Shown here: positions 61,349-64,000 of the stretch, one piece after another
Layout of the letters: each line of letters begins with the position of its first letter
Position numbering within the stretch: the first letter of the stretch is position 1
IMG/VR virus record: IMGVR_UViG_3300036823_000383
Location: 1 to 64,000 of that record
DNA: 64,000 bases
Source: a virus
Reading direction: 5' to 3' (one strand)
Program-made: the position numbers and the translations under genes
Notes under the pieces: generated by a model
Told to the model about the DNA's origin: nothing
Database searches by the model: none
The model's input: only the letters and a program-made list of their open reading frames with translations

Positions 61349-64000
61349 TCAGACGCCGAAGTCGCCGAGGAGCGAACGCATGCCGCTGCCGCTGAAGCCC
61401 GGATCGGGAAGGTCCTGAATCTCACTTCCGTCGTGCACGGTGAGGCCACGCGCCTTCACCTGCTTCTCGGAGAGCGAGCTCATCCGGTCGCGGCAGTTGT
61501 ATCCCCACGGCGTCACCGCGTGCTGCCAGAACGGGTCGCTCGCCTTCAGCACCCAGCCGTCGACGGCGCCGTGAGTCGGTCGCTGCCGCGAATCCTTCAC
61601 GCCGCGGATCTGCCAGTACGGGCGATCGACGAGCGCCGCTGGCTGCGTCATCTCGGTGAGCCGCCCGACGGAGTGAGCCTGCGCGATGTTCGTTCGCGCG
61701 ATCGTCTCGATGTGCGACGAACTCGCGGGCGTCCACCCGGCGGAGACGATCCGCTCGTTCATGAACTTGGAGAACTGCTTCACGTCGGCGCCCTCGCCGA
61801 TCATTCGGCCGAGCTCCGCGTGCACGAGGTTCAGGAGATCCTGCGACTGGAGCCGCGCGACCGTGAACGCGCGACGCTTCGCGCCGGCGGCGAGCGCGTC
61901 GAACTTCTCCTTCGTCAGCACGTCCTTCGACTCGAAGAAGGACTGCGCGGACTTGAAGCTCTTGTCCGCGAAGCCGGGCTTCGCCGGTACCGCGGCCTTG
62001 TCTGCCGGGGCGGCGAACTTCGCCGGTGCGATCTCCACGTCGTGTGCGGCCTCGTAGCTCGAGTCGAGCGCGCCGAGCATCTCGCCGTGGAGTACTCGCC
62101 GCGAGAGCGACCGGACGTATTCGTCCAGGTCGAGCCCGCGCGCCGCGCGGCTCACGGCGCCGTAGATCTGAATCGGGCTGTCGAGTCCACTGCCGGCGGA
62201 GATGAGCTTCTTTGCCCACTCGGACGTGCGCAGCGCGAGCTCCGGGACGGCCTTGGCGATGATCGCCTCGATGGAGCCGTAGACGGAGCTCGGCTGCTTC
62301 GCAGCGCAGACGTGCTCGCCATACAGCTCGTGCGGCGTCAGCATGAGCGCGCGCTCGCCCATCGCCGCGAGAACGACCGGCGCGCGCTCTCCGAAGGCAG
62401 CGAATATGCGCTCCGCTCCCTGGTCGGTCACCGCGCCGCGCGCGAGCAGCACCGCTCGCGAGACGCCGCCTGCCGCGCGTAGGCCGGTCGCGTCCGCCGC
62501 GTCGTCGGATGCGGCGCCCGACTGCTGCTCGTCGGACTCCTCCGAAGAACCTACGGCGGGCGTACCCGGAGCTTTCGGCGCAGGCGGGGGAAGCGGCTTC
62601 GGGCCCTTCGGAGGCGGTGGGGCGGGGGATGCCTTCGGCGGTCCGTCGTTCGAGCTGGGCGGAGGTGGCGACGGCGGATCCTCAGCGGGTTCGACGCCCG
62701 CCGCTTCCTTGCCCTGCACCTCGCCCTTGGCGAGCCGCTTAGCCTCGAACTCTGCGATCGTGAGAGCGCCATCAGGATCGGTCTTCCCGTCTGCGCCGAG
62801 GAGAGGACCGAGCCCCTTCGTCTGGCGCGCCTCGTTCACCGAGACGACCTTCGCGAGATCTGTTGGAGCAAGCTCGAACGCCGCGGGCGGCGCGTCGGTC
62901 TTCCCGCCGGCGCCGTCGTTCTCCGTCGTCGCCTCGCCAGGCTGTGCCGCGAGGTCCCCGGGCTGCTCCGCCTGGCCCTTCGGGTAGACGATGGTGGCTT
63001 CCGGTGTCGCGGGGAACTCGCCTCCAGAAGCTCGCGTCACCATCCGGATGACGGCCTCGTTGTCGGCCGGCTGACGGAAGCCCGAGACCTCGTACGCGTC
63101 TTTCAGTGAGACGGGCATGCCGCCTTCGACGGTCTTCTTCAGACGGTCGAGCTCCTTCTCGCGGTTCTTGAGGTCCGCCTTCAAGACGAGGCGGGGGGCG
63201 TGGGCGACTTCCGCGGCGCCGTAGTTTGCCTCGATGATCTGGTCGCCGAGGTAGTCCTCGATCACCTCGCTCAGCATGTCCGCGTCGGCGAGCGTGATCA
63301 TGAGCTGCTCGCTCTGCATCACGACGGATTGGGTCGAACCGAGCCCCATCGCCTGGGCGTCCGTGGTCCCCGTCTGACCGAGCACGAGTTTGCTGTTCTG
63401 CTTGTCGGCCTCTTCGATCGTCTCCTGGTGAATGTCGCCCGCCATGCGTTGCGGCTGGGTGACGTTCAGCGAGACGCCACGCGGGAACGCGCCGTACCCG
63501 TTGCCGGGAAGCTGCTCGAGGATCTCTTCGATCGCGTCGATGTCGTTCTCGCCGATGTCGGCGTCCTTGTCGATCACGGCCGTGCGCCACGGCTTCGCGA
63601 AGAGCTCGAGCAGGATCATGCGCTCGCGCGCGCCGAACCGCTTGAAGAACGACCAGTAGAGGCAGCGCCGCGCGAGCCCCTCGCGCTCGATGTAGTCGCC
63701 GAAGAGCTGCGGCGTGAACCAGATGAAGTGCCGCGGCAGATCGCGGAGCGCGATGCCCTCGTCGGTGAAGCCGGTGACGCCCTGGCGCTCGACATAGCGG
63801 AGCTCCCGGTTCGGTCCGATGTTGAGTAGGCGCGGGTGGATCCACTCGAGCCCCGTGACGACCCACTTCACCTGTCCGTAGCGGGGGTGCACGGAACCAG
63901 GAACGAGCGTCCAGAGCTTCTCGAGCGCCGAGCGCCCGTCGAAGAGCCCCCACGCGAGCTGCCGGAACGCGAGCTTCAGATTCGGGATGCGCTCGACCTG
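61349..64000 (-). CDS. Portal protein (DUF935/Mu gp29-like) fused to a MuF minor head domain; 5' end outside the window
   Basis: G.S..E..W, GL.R..W..FK, E.F..P, SK.VLGQT.T; C-terminal AFTVA, TI.RTN...A...GR, D.R.RP.H...G..DPFW..P.GYNCR. Confidence 0.9.
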   Translation of the reverse strand, partial: QVERIPNLKLAFRQLAWGLFDGRSALEKLWTLVPGSVHPRYGQVKWVVTGLEWIHPRLLNIGPNRELRYVERQGVTGFTDEGIALRDLPRHFIWFTPQLFGDYIEREGLARRCLYWSFFKRFGARERMILLELFAKPWRTAVIDKDADIGENDIDAIEEILEQLPGNGYGAFPRGVSLNVTQPQRMAGDIHQETIEEADKQNSKLVLGQTGTTDAQAMGLGSTQSVVMQSEQLMITLADADMLSEVIEDYLGDQIIEANYGAAEVAHAPRLVLKADLKNREKELDRLKKTVEGGMPVSLKDAYEVSGFRQPADNEAVIRMVTRASGGEFPATPEATIVYPKGQAEQPGDLAAQPGEATTENDGAGGKTDAPPAAFELAPTDLAKVVSVNEARQTKGLGPLLGADGKTDPDGALTIAEFEAKRLAKGEVQGKEAAGVEPAEDPPSPPPPSSNDGPPKASPAPPPPKGPKPLPPPAPKAPGTPAVGSSEESDEQQSGAASDDAADATGLRAAGGVSRAVLLARGAVTDQGAERIFAAFGERAPVVLAAMGERALMLTPHELYGEHVCAAKQPSSVYGSIEAIIAKAVPELALRTSEWAKKLISAGSGLDSPIQIYGAVSRAARGLDLDEYVRSLSRRVLHGEMLGALDSSYEAAHDVEIAPAKFAAPADKAAVPAKPGFADKSFKSAQSFFESKDVLTKEKFDALAAGAKRRAFTVARLQSQDLLNLVHAELGRMIGEGADVKQFSKFMNERIVSAGWTPASSSHIETIARTNIAQAHSVGRLTEMTQPAALVDRPYWQIRGVKDSRQRPTHGAVDGWVLKASDPFWQHAVTPWGYNCRDRMSSLSEKQVKARGLTVHDGSEIQDLPDPGFSGSGMRSLLGDFGV

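Larger units (their letters stand above)
459..64000. mobile_element. Prophage (temperate, contractile-tailed, Mu-like virion genes, tyrosine integrase); right end lies beyond the window
   Basis: Integrase abutting a tRNA, cI/cro switch, recombination and modification genes, lysis, tail, baseplate, capsid and portal modules in phage-like order. Confidence 0.97.

Noticed and set aside
1-64000. Hundreds of long overlapping ORFs in the six-frame track (e.g. 58913-60811 +, 46722-48419 +, 8499-9929 +)
   Set aside because: Arg/Ala/Pro-rich shadow or off-frame ORFs expected at this GC content; they overlap genes with clear motifs
1-64000. CRISPR array, retron or diversity-generating retroelement
   Set aside because: No regularly spaced repeat-spacer array and no reverse transcriptase (YxDD) ORF seen; the 46-bp and 74-bp repeats are exact, without adenine-specific differences
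42276-64000. Transposable Mu-like phage or a tailocin/eCIS
   Set aside because: No MuA/MuB seen, a tyrosine integrase is present, and capsid and portal genes are present

Overview
This window is the left ~64 kb of an integrated temperate myovirus (prophage) in a very GC-rich bacterium. Gly/Cys-rich lipoproteins, an RCC1-repeat protein and an int-internal att site suggest a myxobacterial (Polyangiales-like) host, which is inference. Order from left: host DNA and a tRNA-Leu(UAA) at 459-541, which is the probable attL and lies antisense inside the tyrosine-integrase reading frame; a leftward cro...xis-int operon; a cI/cro switch with an ImmA/IrrE-like protein; a long rightward early operon (SSAP, SbcD/SbcC, C5 DNA methyltransferase, Mom, an inverted TIR moron, HerA-like ATPase, many small genes); a moron cluster of exported proteins (23.8-27.9 kb); then, all leftward, lysis/envelope genes, tail fibres, Mu-like baseplate, tail and head genes, and a portal-MuF fusion cut by the window end. 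Most notable signals: attL within int at the TTA-decoding tRNA; a repeated CGGWGTAGGG element 6-7 nt before late start codons (leaderless late promoters); a CCCTTTA -1 frameshift on a TTA codon; a DUF6527-like peptidase wedged between baseplate hub and spike; and a tail-fibre-like protein with a lipoprotein signal. All family calls come from motif recognition by eye, with no database searches.
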